A stretch of 62,339 nt of DNA from Aliidongia sp. GTDB taxonomy: Bacteria; Pseudomonadota; Alphaproteobacteria; ATCC43930; CGMCC-115725. Under the pieces are notes generated by a model that worked only from the letters and a program-made list of their open reading frames with translations, was not told the DNA's origin and did no database searches. The translations under genes and the position numbers were made by a program. The stretch covers positions 1-62,339 of the forward strand of contig JBAVTK010000125.1 of assembly GCA_049696095.1 (NCBI GenBank), given 5' to 3'. This document shows, piece after piece, positions 32,049 through 42,347 of this stretch. Positions within the stretch are counted from its first letter, which is position 1; every line of letters starts with the position of its first letter.

Positions 32049-33056
32049 TTATTGTTCCACCGCGTCTTTCGGCTTTTTTATGAAATCGGCCATTCCGGCG
32101 CAGGGATCGTCGTCGTTAGCCCGCGGCGTAAACCACACCGCATCAAACGGCAGCCGGGGGCCGCCCCATGACTCGCCATAGCTCGCCGGGTCGTCTTGAC
32201 CGTCCGCGACCTCGATAAAAGCCAGGGAAAACACCGGCCGATTCGGCGCCATCGCGCCAAGCTGCGCCGGTACCCCGCGGTCGGTACGAACATGGCCGGC
32301 GCCGGCGATCAGCACGGCCGCCGCCGACGCATCGCCGGTCATGGCCCGTGCCATGGCCGCGTCGCGGGCCCGCTGCACATCGACCATTCCCGGCACCATC
32401 TGTTCGGGAAGTTGGCCGCAATGCGCATCGCGGATTTCGTCGGCCATAGCGGCGGCGGCGGCCCCGTCGAGCGGTTGGTCGAGACGGTACATGGCGACCG
32501 CGGCCGGGGGTAAAGCTTGTTGGCGCGCGATCGTACGGACATCGGCAAGCGACAGATTGGCCGATCGAACCTCCATGCCGGCGGCGAGCGCTGCGGCAAA
32601 GAGCGGGCGATAGTTGGGCCAATCCGGCCAATGGTTGTTGGGCCAATCGAGCGCGCTATCCAACCCGTCAATTTGGCCGGGATGCTCGGCCAGATGGCGG
32701 CGCATGGCCGGTTCCTGCTCGGGAGAAACCATCTCAAACGCCAAGGCAGGCCGGCGACCCGGCGCGATGATCTGCTCCAGCGCCCAGGCCTGTAGGCGAT
32801 GATGGTCGGTATTATCGTGTTTTTCGCCCAGCAAGACAAAATCAGCGGCACGTAACCGCCCGGCCAACTCCGCTGGTTCGACGAAGCGGTCCTCGGCCGG
32901 CAGCCAGATGCGACCGGCGAGAACATGATCCCGCGACAATGGCGATTGCCAGGGCGGCACCGGAACGCCGGTGACACCGGCCTGGGCGGCTATCGATCGA
33001 TGTTCCGCGCCAATGGCCGCGGCAATCAGGAACAGCAGAGCCGGAAGGATACGCAT
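32049..33056 (-). CDS. ChaN-family (haem-binding uptake, Tiki-superfamily) lipoprotein/periplasmic protein
   Basis: Signal peptide MRILPALLFLIAAAIGA, then DFVLLGEKHDNTDHHRLQAWALEQI, characteristic of PF04187-type proteins. Confidence 0.65.
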   Translation of the reverse strand: MRILPALLFLIAAAIGAEHRSIAAQAGVTGVPVPPWQSPLSRDHVLAGRIWLPAEDRFVEPAELAGRLRAADFVLLGEKHDNTDHHRLQAWALEQIIAPGRRPALAFEMVSPEQEPAMRRHLAEHPGQIDGLDSALDWPNNHWPDWPNYRPLFAAALAAGMEVRSANLSLADVRTIARQQALPPAAVAMYRLDQPLDGAAAAAMADEIRDAHCGQLPEQMVPGMVDVQRARDAAMARAMTGDASAAAVLIAGAGHVRTDRGVPAQLGAMAPNRPVFSLAFIEVADGQDDPASYGESWGGPRLPFDAVWFTPRANDDDPCAGMADFIKKPKDAVEQ

Positions 33057-33135
33057 GGAACCTCGAACAACGATGACAAAGTGGTTCTGGTATAACCCCA
33101 ATGCCGCCGCGGCCCAAGGACACAGGCTGGGACCT

Positions 33136-33160
33136 CGATAACTGAGCCGGATCGGGCACG
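33136..33160 (-). terminator. kdpC-distal stem-loop (GCCGGATCGG-5 nt-CCGATCCGGC)
   Basis: Perfect 10-bp GC-rich stem located 17 nt after the kdpC stop on the minus strand, followed by TCAGTTATCG. Confidence 0.5.
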
Positions 33161-33176
33161 CCGATCCGGCAACAAA

Positions 33177-33776
33177 TCACTTGCCCGCCGCATCCAGCGC
33201 CAAATTCAGCTTCAGCACATTGACTCGCGGTTCGCCGAGCACGCCGAAGGTGCGCGCCTCGATATTCTGCGCGACGATCTGCCGGATCGCGTCGGCCGGC
33301 AAGCCGCGTGCCTTGGCGACACGGCCGATCTGGAATTCGGCCGCTGCCGGGGTGATGTCGGGATCAAGGCCGCTGGCCGAACTCGTCACCAGATCGACCG
33401 GCACCAGAGCGTGGTTTTCGGCCTGAAGCGTAGCGGTATCGGCCTTGACCCGATCGATCAGCGCTTGCGAGGTCGGCCCCAGATTGGAGCCGTTCGAGGC
33501 GTCGGCCTTGTAGGGCACCGGGATGGTCTTGGTGGCGTCATTGGGATCGGTATCGGTCGTCGCCGACGGGCGGCCGTGGAAATATTGCGGCTGGGTGAAG
33601 TTCTGGCCGATCAGTTCGGACCCGATCACCTTGCCATCCTTCACGATCAAACTGCCTTCGGCCTGATGCGGGAAGAAGAGCCGGGCAAGCCCGGTGATGG
33701 CCAGCGGATAGGCCAGGCCGGTCAGGATCGTGAAAGCCACGAGCAGGGTGATCGCGGGACGGAGTTGCTTCAACAT
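33177..33776 (-). CDS. kdpC: potassium-transporting ATPase subunit C
   Basis: Contains [31 protein letters not shown]...FHGRPSA...ASGLDP. Internal ATG at 33776 chosen, which avoids overlap with kdpB. Confidence 0.9.
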   Translation of the reverse strand: MLKQLRPAITLLVAFTILTGLAYPLAITGLARLFFPHQAEGSLIVKDGKVIGSELIGQNFTQPQYFHGRPSATTDTDPNDATKTIPVPYKADASNGSNLGPTSQALIDRVKADTATLQAENHALVPVDLVTSSASGLDPDITPAAAEFQIGRVAKARGLPADAIRQIVAQNIEARTFGVLGEPRVNVLKLNLALDAAGK

Positions 33777-33786
33777 GGCAGTTTCC

Positions 33787-35880
33787 TCAAGCCAGACCCA
33801 GAACTGTGACCAGAATATCGATCGCCTTGATGCCGACGAACGGCACCAGAATCCCGCCGAAGCCATAGATCAGCAGGTTGCGGCCGAGCAGCCGGCTGGC
33901 CGATTGCGGGCGATAGCGCACACCACGCAGCGCCAGCGGAATAAGTGCGATGATGATCAGCGCGTTGAAGATGATTGCCGACAGGACGGCGCTTTGCGGC
34001 GTCGAGAGCCGCATGACGTTGAGCGCCTGAAGCTGCGGGTAAAACGCCAGGAACATCGCCGGGATGATGGCGAAATATTTCGCGACGTCATTGGCGATCG
34101 AAAAGGTCGTAAGCGCGCCGCGCGTCATGAGCAATTGCTTGCCGATGCCGACGATCTCGATGAGCTTGGTCGGATCGGAGTCGAGATCGACCATGTTGCC
34201 GGCCTCGCGCGCCGCCACCGTGCCGGTCTGCATGGCGACGCCGACATCGGCCTGAGCCAAGGCCGGCGCGTCGTTGGTACCGTCGCCGCACATCGCGACC
34301 AGCTTGCCCTTGGCCTGCTCGTCGCGGATCAGCTTGAGCTTGGCCTCCGGCGTTGCCTGCGCCAGAAAATCATCCACCCCGGATTCGGCGGCGATCGCCG
34401 CCGCGGTCAGCGGGTTGTCGCCGGTGATCATCACGGTGCGGATGCCCATTTCGCGCAGTTCGGCAAAGCGCTCGCGGATGCCGCCCTTGACGATGTCCTT
34501 TAGATGGATGACGCCCAGCATCCTTCCATCCTTGGCCACGGCGAGCGGCGTACCGCCGGTCTTGGCGATGCGTTCGATCGCCTGATCCAACTCGCGCGGA
34601 AAGGCCAGATTCGGGTTGCGGTTGACCTCGCGCACCCAGGCGATGACCGCGTCGGTCGCACCCTTGCGGATCGAACTGCCTTCAACATCGATACCGCTCA
34701 TCCGCGTTATTGCCGAGAACGGGATGAACTGCGCCTTGAGCGGCCCCATCTCGCGGGCGCGAATGCCATATTTCTCCTTGGCGAGCACGACCACCGAACG
34801 GCCTTCCGGCGTTTCGTCCGACAGGCTGGAGAGTTGGGCCGCATCGGCCAGATCCTGCGGCGACACGCCGGGCAGTACGACAAATTCGGTGGCGACCCGA
34901 TTGCCCAGCGTGATCGTGCCGGTCTTGTCGAGCAGCAGCGTATCGACATCGCCCGCCGCCTCGACCGCGCGGCCCGACATGGCCAAGACGTTGAATTTGA
35001 CCAGCCGATCCATGCCGGCAATGCCGATCGCCGACAGCAGGGCGCCGATCGTGGTTGGAATCAGCGTCACGAACAGCGCGACCAGCACCACGACCGAAAC
35101 CGACCCGCCGCCATAGGCCGCGAAGCTAGGGATGGTCACCGTCGCCAGCACGAAGATCAGCGTCATGCCGATCAGCAGAATATTGAGCGCAATCTCGTTC
35201 GGGGTCTTCTGGCGTGAAGCACCTTCGACCAGTGAAATCATCCGGTCGAGAAAGGTCGAACCGGCGCTGGCGGTGATGCGGACCTTGATCCAGTCCGACA
35301 GCACGCGCGTGCCGCCGGTCACGGCCGACCGGTCGCCGCCGCTTTCGCGGATCACCGGGGCCGACTCGCCGGTGATCGCCGATTCATCGACCGAGGCCAC
35401 GCCCTCGATCACTTCGCCGTCGGATGGGATGATATCGCCGACCTCGACGAACACCAGATCGCCGGCCTTGAGCGACAATCCTGGCACCGAGGTGAAGCGT
35501 TTGTCGGCGGCATTGGCGAGCTTCTTCGCCAGCGTTTCGGTGCGGGTCTTGCGCAGCGCTTCGGCCTGCGCCTTGCCGCGGCCCTCGGCGACTGCTTCGG
35601 CGAAATTGGCGAAGACCACGGTGAACCAAAGCCAGATCGAAATTTGGGTTTCGAACAGAATGTTGCCCTGCCCGGTGATAAGATCACGGAACAGGATGAT
35701 GGTGGTCAGCGCCGCCACCACCTCGACCACGAACATCACCGGATTGGAAAACAGGGTTCTGGGGTCGAGTTTCTTGAACGACGCACCGATCGCCGGAACG
35801 ACGATCTTGGGATCGAGCACCGAACTTGAGCGCCGATCGTTGCGGATCGGCTCGTCGGTAGTCAGAGCGGTTTGGGTCAT
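33787..35880 (-). CDS. kdpB: potassium-transporting ATPase subunit B (P-type ATPase)
   Basis: 697 aa. Phosphorylation motif [14 protein letters not shown], plus [14 protein letters not shown] and [18 protein letters not shown]. Confidence 0.93.
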   Translation of the reverse strand: MTQTALTTDEPIRNDRRSSSVLDPKIVVPAIGASFKKLDPRTLFSNPVMFVVEVVAALTTIILFRDLITGQGNILFETQISIWLWFTVVFANFAEAVAEGRGKAQAEALRKTRTETLAKKLANAADKRFTSVPGLSLKAGDLVFVEVGDIIPSDGEVIEGVASVDESAITGESAPVIRESGGDRSAVTGGTRVLSDWIKVRITASAGSTFLDRMISLVEGASRQKTPNEIALNILLIGMTLIFVLATVTIPSFAAYGGGSVSVVVLVALFVTLIPTTIGALLSAIGIAGMDRLVKFNVLAMSGRAVEAAGDVDTLLLDKTGTITLGNRVATEFVVLPGVSPQDLADAAQLSSLSDETPEGRSVVVLAKEKYGIRAREMGPLKAQFIPFSAITRMSGIDVEGSSIRKGATDAVIAWVREVNRNPNLAFPRELDQAIERIAKTGGTPLAVAKDGRMLGVIHLKDIVKGGIRERFAELREMGIRTVMITGDNPLTAAAIAAESGVDDFLAQATPEAKLKLIRDEQAKGKLVAMCGDGTNDAPALAQADVGVAMQTGTVAAREAGNMVDLDSDPTKLIEIVGIGKQLLMTRGALTTFSIANDVAKYFAIIPAMFLAFYPQLQALNVMRLSTPQSAVLSAIIFNALIIIALIPLALRGVRYRPQSASRLLGRNLLIYGFGGILVPFVGIKAIDILVTVLGLA

Positions 35881-35898
35881 GACACTTGCGCTCCGGAT

Positions 35899-37623
35899 TC
35901 AGTACAGGCGGCCGGCATGCATCGCCAGATGCTCGACCACCGGGCCGAGCGCCAATGCCGGAAAGAAGGTGAGGCCGCCGATGATCAGGATCACCGCGAT
36001 CAGCAGGCCGACGAACAGGCCGTTATCGGTCGGAAATGTCCCGGCTGACGGCGGCACGATCTTTTTGGCAGCCAGCGAACCCGCCACCGCCAGCATCGGC
36101 ACGATGAACAGAAAGCGGCCCATGAACATCGCGATCGCCAGGGTAACGTTATAGAAGCTGTTGGCGGTCAAACCGGCAAACGCGCTGCCATTGTTCCCTG
36201 TCGCCGAGGTGAAGGCATAAAGAATCTCGCTGAAACCGTGCGGTCCGGCATTGGCAAGCGCGCTCAACCCGTCCGGCAGCACCGCAGCCAGCGCGGTAAA
36301 GCCCAAAATCGAGAGCGGCAGGATGAGAATCGCCAGGATGCTCATCTTGACCTCGCGGCTTTCCAGCTTCTTGCCGACATATTCCGGCGTCCGCCCGACC
36401 ATCAGGCCGGCGACGAACATCGCAACGACCGCGAACATCAGCATGCCGTAAAGGCCTGAGCCGACGCCGCCGAAGATGATCTCACCCAGTTGGATATTGA
36501 TCAGCGGGATCATGCCGGCGAGCGGCAGCAGGCTGTCATGCATGGTGTTGACGGCACCGCACGAGGCATCGGTCGTCACCGTGGTGAAGAGCGCCGATCG
36601 GGCGATGCCGAACCGCACCTCCTTGCCTTCCATATTGCCGCCGCTCTGCATCGGACCGGCCGCCTGATCGATACCAAGCGCGGCAAATTGCGGATTACCG
36701 CCCGCCTCCACCGGATAGACCACGAAGACACCGGCCAGAAACAACAGACCCATGGCGCCGAACAGTGCCCAGCCCTGCATCACATTGCCGACCATCCGGC
36801 CGAACACGTTGGTCAGCGCGGCAGCGATCGCGAAGATCAGAATGACCTGAAAAAAATCCGTGACTGCGGTCGGATTTTCGAACGGATGGGCCGAATTGGC
36901 ATTGAAAAACCCGCCGCCATTGGTCCCGAACATCTTGATGATTTCTTGCGAGGCGACCGGCCCGACCGCGATCATCTGCTTGCCGCCCTCGACCGTGTTC
37001 GCCTCGACATAGGCGCCGAGGGTCTGCGGCACGCCTTGCCAGACCATGAACAAGGCGCCGACGATCGCGACCGGCAGCAGCACATAAAGCGTGCCGCGCG
37101 TGAGATCGACCCAGAAATTGCCAATCGTCTTCGACGAACGTCGGGCAAAGCCGCGGATCAGCGCCAAAGCCAGCGCGATACCGGTCGCGGCCGACACGAA
37201 ATTATGGACGGTGAGCCCCGCCATCTGTGAGAAATAACTCATCGTGCTTTCGCCCGAATACGATTGCCAGTTCGTATTGGTCGTGAAGCTGATGGCGGTA
37301 TCGAGTGCCAGATCGGGCGCGAGCGCGCTCAGATCCTGCGGATTGAACGGTAGAAGGTTCTGGAGACGCAAGATGGTATAGAGCGAAACCGCGCAAACGA
37401 GATTGAAGATCAGCATGGCTGCGCCATAGATCAACCAATCCTGCTCGGCCGTCTCATCGACACCGGCCAGCGCGTACAATCCGCGCTCGATCGGCCGCAA
37501 GATCGGCGACAGGAACGTCCGCCCGCCATTGAAGACACTGGTCATATACAGCCCAAACGGCCGGACCAGCAGAACGATCAAAACGCAGAACAGCGCGATC
37601 TGGACAATTCCGTTGAAAGTCAT
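35899..37623 (-). CDS. kdpA: potassium-transporting ATPase subunit A
   Basis: 574 aa polytopic protein. Contains [26 protein letters not shown] and [11 protein letters not shown], which are selectivity-filter-like repeats. Confidence 0.92.
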   Translation of the reverse strand: MTFNGIVQIALFCVLIVLLVRPFGLYMTSVFNGGRTFLSPILRPIERGLYALAGVDETAEQDWLIYGAAMLIFNLVCAVSLYTILRLQNLLPFNPQDLSALAPDLALDTAISFTTNTNWQSYSGESTMSYFSQMAGLTVHNFVSAATGIALALALIRGFARRSSKTIGNFWVDLTRGTLYVLLPVAIVGALFMVWQGVPQTLGAYVEANTVEGGKQMIAVGPVASQEIIKMFGTNGGGFFNANSAHPFENPTAVTDFFQVILIFAIAAALTNVFGRMVGNVMQGWALFGAMGLLFLAGVFVVYPVEAGGNPQFAALGIDQAAGPMQSGGNMEGKEVRFGIARSALFTTVTTDASCGAVNTMHDSLLPLAGMIPLINIQLGEIIFGGVGSGLYGMLMFAVVAMFVAGLMVGRTPEYVGKKLESREVKMSILAILILPLSILGFTALAAVLPDGLSALANAGPHGFSEILYAFTSATGNNGSAFAGLTANSFYNVTLAIAMFMGRFLFIVPMLAVAGSLAAKKIVPPSAGTFPTDNGLFVGLLIAVILIIGGLTFFPALALGPVVEHLAMHAGRLY

Positions 37624-37633
37624 GGGTTTAGTC

Positions 37634-37723
37634 CTAGAAGCGCTCGGGATGGATCAGCGCATAGATCAGATAGACCATCAGGCCGACCGATACGCCGCCG
37701 CCGAGAATATAGTCGAAGACCAT
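37634..37723 (-). CDS. kdpF: potassium-transporting ATPase subunit F
   Basis: 29-aa product [29 protein letters not shown], the final third of track ORF 37634..37834. It ends 11 nt before kdpA and has GGGGG upstream. Confidence 0.8.
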   Translation of the reverse strand: MVFDYILGGGVSVGLMVYLIYALIHPERF

Positions 37724-37734
37724 TCGAGCCCCCA

Positions 37735-37818
37735 TCAAACGCGGTCGCAGGCGACCAGGTAAGCGAGGCCAACGCCAAAGAGCCCCAGGATCAGGGCGAG
37801 CCAGATTGCATCGAACAT
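37735..37818 (-). CDS. possible second KdpF-like single-TM micropeptide (27 aa)
   Basis: My translation: ATG TTC GAT ... GTT TGA gives MFDAIWLALILGLFGVGLAYLVACDRV. Codons end mostly in G/C, as in local genes. The ORF stops 11 nt before the kdpF ATG. No clear SD. Below the ORF-track length cut-off. Confidence 0.35.
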   Translation of the reverse strand: MFDAIWLALILGLFGVGLAYLVACDRV

Positions 37819-37895
37819 CAATTGGACACCGCAAATGAGTCAGCCTAGCCTACCGCGTAGCCGGGCGCAATTCGTCTCACGCTAATACGGGTTCG

Positions 37896-38002
37896 GATAA
37901 AAAATCCACCCATATCCAGCTCGATTGAGATAAAAATGCATGAAATAATTTGCCATTCCGATAAAAATTTTGAATTACTCTACAGTATTGCTCGCGATAA
38001 AA
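37896..38002. promoter_or_regulatory. four phased GATAAAA(A/T) boxes in the kdpF / porin divergent intergenic region
   Basis: GATAAAA at 37896, 37929, 37960 and 37996 (spacings 33, 31 and 36 nt) within a visibly AT-rich stretch. Either a regulator array or phased A-tract bends. Confidence 0.35.
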
Positions 38003-38237
38003 CCTTATCATGCCAATTATATGCGTTGCCATGACGGTTAGTATGGAATTTTTATACCTTCGTTTTGTAAGATATCACGGATTTCAAACTGCAAAACCAC
38101 CGTTGAGTTTTCTAGAATTGTTGAAACCCCCTATGGCTGCTTATCGTTCTTACTGCCGCCAATTCGGCTACTCCGGCGACATGCGAGACCAGGCATCGGA
38201 AGGTGACTTGTCGAGTCCCGGAGAGAGGAGACAAAAG

Positions 38238-39908
38238 ATGCGTTCTAAAAGTCTGGCCGCGCTTTCGTTCGGCGTCAGCGTTCTTGCCCTTCTGGCCAGC
38301 CCCGGCCGGGCCGCCGCGGGGGATTCCTGTACGGGAGCAGATGGCAAGCCCGTCTCGCCCTATACCAATTACAGCTGCCTGGATAATTATCTGGGCAGCG
38401 ATGTCGCCACGCGCTTTCTGAACTACTACAAGTTGGAATGGGGTCAAGGGGCTGCGCCGAACGACCCGAGCGCGCTGCCCTCACGCCGCGACAACTGGCC
38501 GGCCACGCCGGAAACCACACCACCCATGCCGTTTACCGAATGGCCCTATGGCGGCGTGACACCAGTCGGCGTCACCCGCCCCGGTTCGGTCGACAGCCCG
38601 TTCATGAATGCCATCGCCAATACTGGTCCCGGCCAGTGGCTGACCAACAACAATTTCCAGATTTACGGCTGGGTCGATGCCGGCTTCAACGTCAGCAGCA
38701 ACACGGTCAGGCCGGGCGGCAATGCCCCGATTTCCTATTCCTATACGCCGAACACCGTTCAGCTCGATCAAGCCGTGGTCTATTTCGAACGCCTGCCCGA
38801 CACGGTGCAGACCGATCACATCGATTGGGGCCTTCGGCTATCCGCGATCTATGGCGAAAACTATCGCTACACCTTCTCCTACTCGCCCTTCAGCACCGCT
38901 GAGTTCCTCAAGGACAACAACGTCAACGGCTATGATTTCCCGCAGCTCTATGGCGACATCTGGATTCCGCAAGTCGCCGAAGGCTTATCGATCCGCATCG
39001 GGCGCTATATTTCTTTGCCCGATATCGAAGCGCAATTGGCGCCGAACAACTATATGTATTCACACTCCTTCAGCTACTCCTTCGACAACTACACGAATGA
39101 AGGCATTCAAGGGACGCTGAACATCACACCCCAGCTCATGGTGCAACTGGGTGTCAGCGTCGGTACCGAAGCCTATATCGGGCATCTGGACGATAAGATC
39201 AAAAATCTGGACCCGAGCCCGCTCTTTCCTGGCGCTACTTTTCAGAAAGATCCAGGTGCCGTCCCCTCACTTACCGCTTGCATCCGCTATACATGGAATG
39301 ACGGCAACGACAATTTCTATCCTTGCGCGGATGCGATCAATGGCGCCGAATGGGGCTTCAATAATCTTCAGTGGTATGGCACGACTTATTACCATAAATT
39401 CGACGATCAATGGCACCTTTCCACTGAGTTCTATGTCTTGAAGGAACACGGCGTTCCGAACCTGAACAATGTCAACAATGTTCCAGGCGTTCCGGGCGGT
39501 GTCCCGGCGATCATCGCCGCCGGTGGTACGCCATTCTCGCCGCAATACGTGCCGTTCAATGCGCCGAATGCGGCCCGATGCCAAAGTTTGACGACGCTGA
39601 CCTGCACGGCGACGGCGATCGGCACGGTGGCCTATCTCAACTACTCGCCCGACCCGTTGAACAATTTCTCTTTCCGTCCCGAGTTCTACGACGACGAACA
39701 GGGGCAGCGGACCGGAACGAAGGCGGTATATTACGAGTTCTCACTGGGCTGGCAGCACTGGCTCTCACCGCAGATCGAATTCCGTCCGGAAATCGGCTAT
39801 TATCGGTCGGTCGATGCGAAAGCTTTCAATGGCGATGCCAATGCGGGGATCGCGCCGGACAAGAACTATACCGCGATCGGCATGGCGGACGTCATTCTTC
39901 ACTTTTAG
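38238..39908 (+). CDS. outer-membrane beta-barrel porin (OmpL-like / BBP2-type)
   Basis: ATG at 38238 preceded by GAGAGGAG. Signal peptide MRSKSLAALSFGVSVLALLASPGRAAA. Alternating aromatic/polar beta-strand pattern with many YxF/GxY strands and a C-terminal ...ADVILHF. The track start at 38010 was rejected. Confidence 0.6.
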   Translation: MRSKSLAALSFGVSVLALLASPGRAAAGDSCTGADGKPVSPYTNYSCLDNYLGSDVATRFLNYYKLEWGQGAAPNDPSALPSRRDNWPATPETTPPMPFTEWPYGGVTPVGVTRPGSVDSPFMNAIANTGPGQWLTNNNFQIYGWVDAGFNVSSNTVRPGGNAPISYSYTPNTVQLDQAVVYFERLPDTVQTDHIDWGLRLSAIYGENYRYTFSYSPFSTAEFLKDNNVNGYDFPQLYGDIWIPQVAEGLSIRIGRYISLPDIEAQLAPNNYMYSHSFSYSFDNYTNEGIQGTLNITPQLMVQLGVSVGTEAYIGHLDDKIKNLDPSPLFPGATFQKDPGAVPSLTACIRYTWNDGNDNFYPCADAINGAEWGFNNLQWYGTTYYHKFDDQWHLSTEFYVLKEHGVPNLNNVNNVPGVPGGVPAIIAAGGTPFSPQYVPFNAPNAARCQSLTTLTCTATAIGTVAYLNYSPDPLNNFSFRPEFYDDEQGQRTGTKAVYYEFSLGWQHWLSPQIEFRPEIGYYRSVDAKAFNGDANAGIAPDKNYTAIGMADVILHF

Positions 39909-39924
39909 CCCCGTACCTTCAAGC

Positions 39925-39949
39925 GACCGGCCGCCTCGCGCGGCCGGTC
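39925..39949. terminator. bidirectional stem-loop between convergent porin and histidine-kinase genes
   Basis: GACCGGCCGC-CTCGC-GCGGCCGGTC: perfect 10-bp stem lying 17 nt after the porin stop and 21 nt after the kinase stop. Confidence 0.5.
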
Positions 39950-39969
39950 TCACTTACTCCGCCGCCTGT

Positions 39970-41328
39970 TCAGGCGGGCATCAGACGAAGCGAGAAGACA
40001 GCCCCACCGTCTTCTCGGTCGTCCAGCGTAATCGTACCGCCATGCGCCTCGACAATACGGGCAACAATGGCGAGGCCGAGCCCCCCACCGCCCGGCCGGC
40101 GCCGATCAGCCCGCCAGAACCGCCGAAAAATATGCTGGCGTGCCGCAACCGGTATGCCTGGGCCTCGATCCAGTATCTCAACCGACCCCGGCACCGATAG
40201 ACGCAGTTCGACCATCGTGCCGGGCGCAGTATAGGCGATGGCGTTTTCGGTCAGATTTCGCAGCGCCTGAAACAAGGTCTCGCCATCACCCCTGACCCAG
40301 ATTTCACTCTCGGGACCGATCACCGCGACCTGTTTGCCCTGGGCGAGCGCCAGCGGCGCCAGAAACCCGGCGACTTCGACACAGAGCGCACGTAGATCGG
40401 TACGCTGTTCGGGTGCGACGACTAGGGTTTCCAGCTCGGCAATTTCCAGCAATTGATTGATGATCCGGCTCATGCCGGCGATGTCGTTGCGCAGCGCGCG
40501 CGTCACGGAATCATCGGCCAGAGTATCGATATGGGTGCGCAAAATGGTCAGTGGCGTGCGCAGCTCATGCGCGGCGTCGGCGGTGAAGTCGCGCTGCGCC
40601 CGGATACCCTGTTCCAGCCGGTCGAACGCAGCATTAACAGCCTGAACCAACGGCACGATCTCGCTCGGCATACCGCCGGTCGGCAGGCGCACATCGGTCC
40701 GCGCCGGCCCGATATTGGCGGCGAGCGCCGACGCCTGAACGACCGGCCGCAAGGCCCGCCAGAAAATGCCGATATCGATGATCAACAGCAGGACCAAAAC
40801 CGGAATCGGGACCCACCCGACATCGACGAGAAAATCGGCGACGATATCGTCGATCAATACGTCGCGATGCTGAAGATCTTCCGACACTTGCACCCAGATA
40901 CGCCGCTCCCCGATCATTTCCGGAATATCCGCGCCATAGAGCGTCTTGGCACCGCGCCGGTATTCGAAGAAATGCGGTTCCGCCGACAGCTTGGCGGGGG
41001 TGGGCGACGATGCCGTATCCGTCAGAGACGAGACGATCACCCGGCCGGCCGCATCAAGCACCGAAAACTCGTAGCGGCCATAGCTCTCGGCGTACAGCTC
41101 GCGCACCGGCGGCGGCAGGTCCAGCACCCAAAAATCATTCGGGTCGGCGTGAAGATAGTGCGCAATCTCGTCCGCCTGCTCGCGTAGCGCCCGGTGATGG
41201 AGATCCTCGGCCGCGTCGCGCAGGACCATATAGAGCGCTAACGGCATGAAAATCGAAGCGACCAAGATCGCCGCAATATGAAGATAGACGATGCGCGAGA
41301 CGATCGAGCCGAAGGCCATACCGCTCAC
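39970..41328 (-). CDS. two-component sensor histidine kinase (2 TM, HAMP, HisKA, HATPase_c)
   Basis: 452 aa. H-box AAHELRTPLTIL, N-box-like NLTENAIAY, and G-boxes DRGPGIP and GGGLGLAIV. Its ATG overlaps the regulator stop (ATGA). Confidence 0.88.
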   Translation of the reverse strand: MSGMAFGSIVSRIVYLHIAAILVASIFMPLALYMVLRDAAEDLHHRALREQADEIAHYLHADPNDFWVLDLPPPVRELYAESYGRYEFSVLDAAGRVIVSSLTDTASSPTPAKLSAEPHFFEYRRGAKTLYGADIPEMIGERRIWVQVSEDLQHRDVLIDDIVADFLVDVGWVPIPVLVLLLIIDIGIFWRALRPVVQASALAANIGPARTDVRLPTGGMPSEIVPLVQAVNAAFDRLEQGIRAQRDFTADAAHELRTPLTILRTHIDTLADDSVTRALRNDIAGMSRIINQLLEIAELETLVVAPEQRTDLRALCVEVAGFLAPLALAQGKQVAVIGPESEIWVRGDGETLFQALRNLTENAIAYTAPGTMVELRLSVPGSVEILDRGPGIPVAARQHIFRRFWRADRRRPGGGGLGLAIVARIVEAHGGTITLDDREDGGAVFSLRLMPA

Positions 41329-41999
41329 CGCCCAGCGGAGATCATATAACCGACCCCCCGAATCGTATCGATCCGCGCCGCAGCACCGGCCTCGGTCAGA
41401 TGTTTGCGGATGCGGTGAACATAGACTTCGACCGCGTTCGAGCCGACTTCGCCCGCCAGACCGAACAACTGATCCTCGACCAGTTTTTTGGCGACGACCT
41501 TGCCGGCCCGGCGCATCAGAATTTCAAGCACGGCGATTTCGCGTATCGAGAGCGTTGCCGCCCGGCCGGCGATTTCGATCTGGCGCGTTTCGGTGTCGAG
41601 CGTCACGTCGCCGACCGTCAGTGCCAGGCCGAGCAACTGCCCCGGCCGCCGCAGCAGCGCCTGGACGCGCGCGACCAATTCTTCGAGCGCGAATGGTTTG
41701 CCGAGATAATCGTCGGCACCGGCGGTCAGCCCACGGACCCGGTCCTGAATGCCGCCGCGGGCCGTCAGGATCAGCACCGGGATCGCGTCACCGCGTCGCC
41801 GCAGCGCCCGCAAAAAATCCATCCCATCGGCATCGGGTAGACCAAGATCGAGTACCATTGCCGGATATCGGCTCGTCACCAGCGCCGCTTCGGCATCGGC
41901 GACGCTCGTGACAATATCCAGTTCGAAACCGGCACGGCCGAGGCCAGTGGTCAGCAACGCCGACAGGCGATCATTATCTTCGACCAGCAAGATTCTCAT
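41325..41999 (-). CDS. OmpR/PhoB-family response regulator
   Basis: 224 aa. Receiver domain MRILLVEDNDRL...MVLDLGLPDADG...LILTA...DDYLGKPF, plus a winged-helix C-terminus ...SNAVEVYVHRIRKHL...IDTIRGVGY. Confidence 0.9.
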   Translation of the reverse strand: MRILLVEDNDRLSALLTTGLGRAGFELDIVTSVADAEAALVTSRYPAMVLDLGLPDADGMDFLRALRRRGDAIPVLILTARGGIQDRVRGLTAGADDYLGKPFALEELVARVQALLRRPGQLLGLALTVGDVTLDTETRQIEIAGRAATLSIREIAVLEILMRRAGKVVAKKLVEDQLFGLAGEVGSNAVEVYVHRIRKHLTEAGAAARIDTIRGVGYMISAGR

Positions 42000-42294
42000 A
42001 ACGGTTCCATCACCTCCGCCGCCCTGACCTTAGCGCCAATTTGAAGATGTACCGATGGAAATCCCGCTCTCGTGATTTTCCGGGCCACGGGTCCTCGGCA
42101 TACCCCTTCGCCCGATTTGGTCGGGATTGCTCGGGCATCAACCCATTTGAAACAATAGTTGCAATAGCCGACAGCGTTTGACCGCACTGCGATGCGTGCC
42201 ACCCCTCACCCATCCGGGAGTCATCAGGATAGACGGCGATGAAGATCGATCGATATAACAGCGCCCCCCATCAATTCTTTCATCTTTTCCGAGG

Positions 42295-42347
42295 TTCAGC
42301 TGTTTGTAAGGTTATTCGATTATAGATGACCGTGGCATTCAGCTGAA
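42295..42347. promoter_or_regulatory. pair of TTCAGCTG(AA) palindromic boxes in the long regulator / RND intergenic region
   Basis: TTCAGCTG at 42295-42302 and the perfect 10-bp palindrome TTCAGCTGAA at 42338-42347, 43 nt apart start to start, within a 622-nt non-coding AT-rich spacer. Confidence 0.25.

Noticed and set aside
37634-37834. 66-aa track ORF upstream of kdpA
   Set aside because: Only the last 29 codons match KdpF. The N-terminal 37 residues (MRCPIDVRCNLARPDPGALWRWPRLPGRL...) are Arg/Pro-rich. They overlap the better-looking 27-aa hydrophobic ORF in another frame.
38010-38237. N-terminal 76 aa of the 632-aa porin track ORF
   Set aside because: It lies in AT-rich non-coding-looking DNA. 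A strong SD (GAGAGGAG), an ATG and a signal peptide occur at 38238.
42239-42325. Short ORFs (23-28 codons) in the regulator / RND leader
   Set aside because: Neither hydrophobic nor otherwise distinctive, with weak or absent SD. Indistinguishable from chance.
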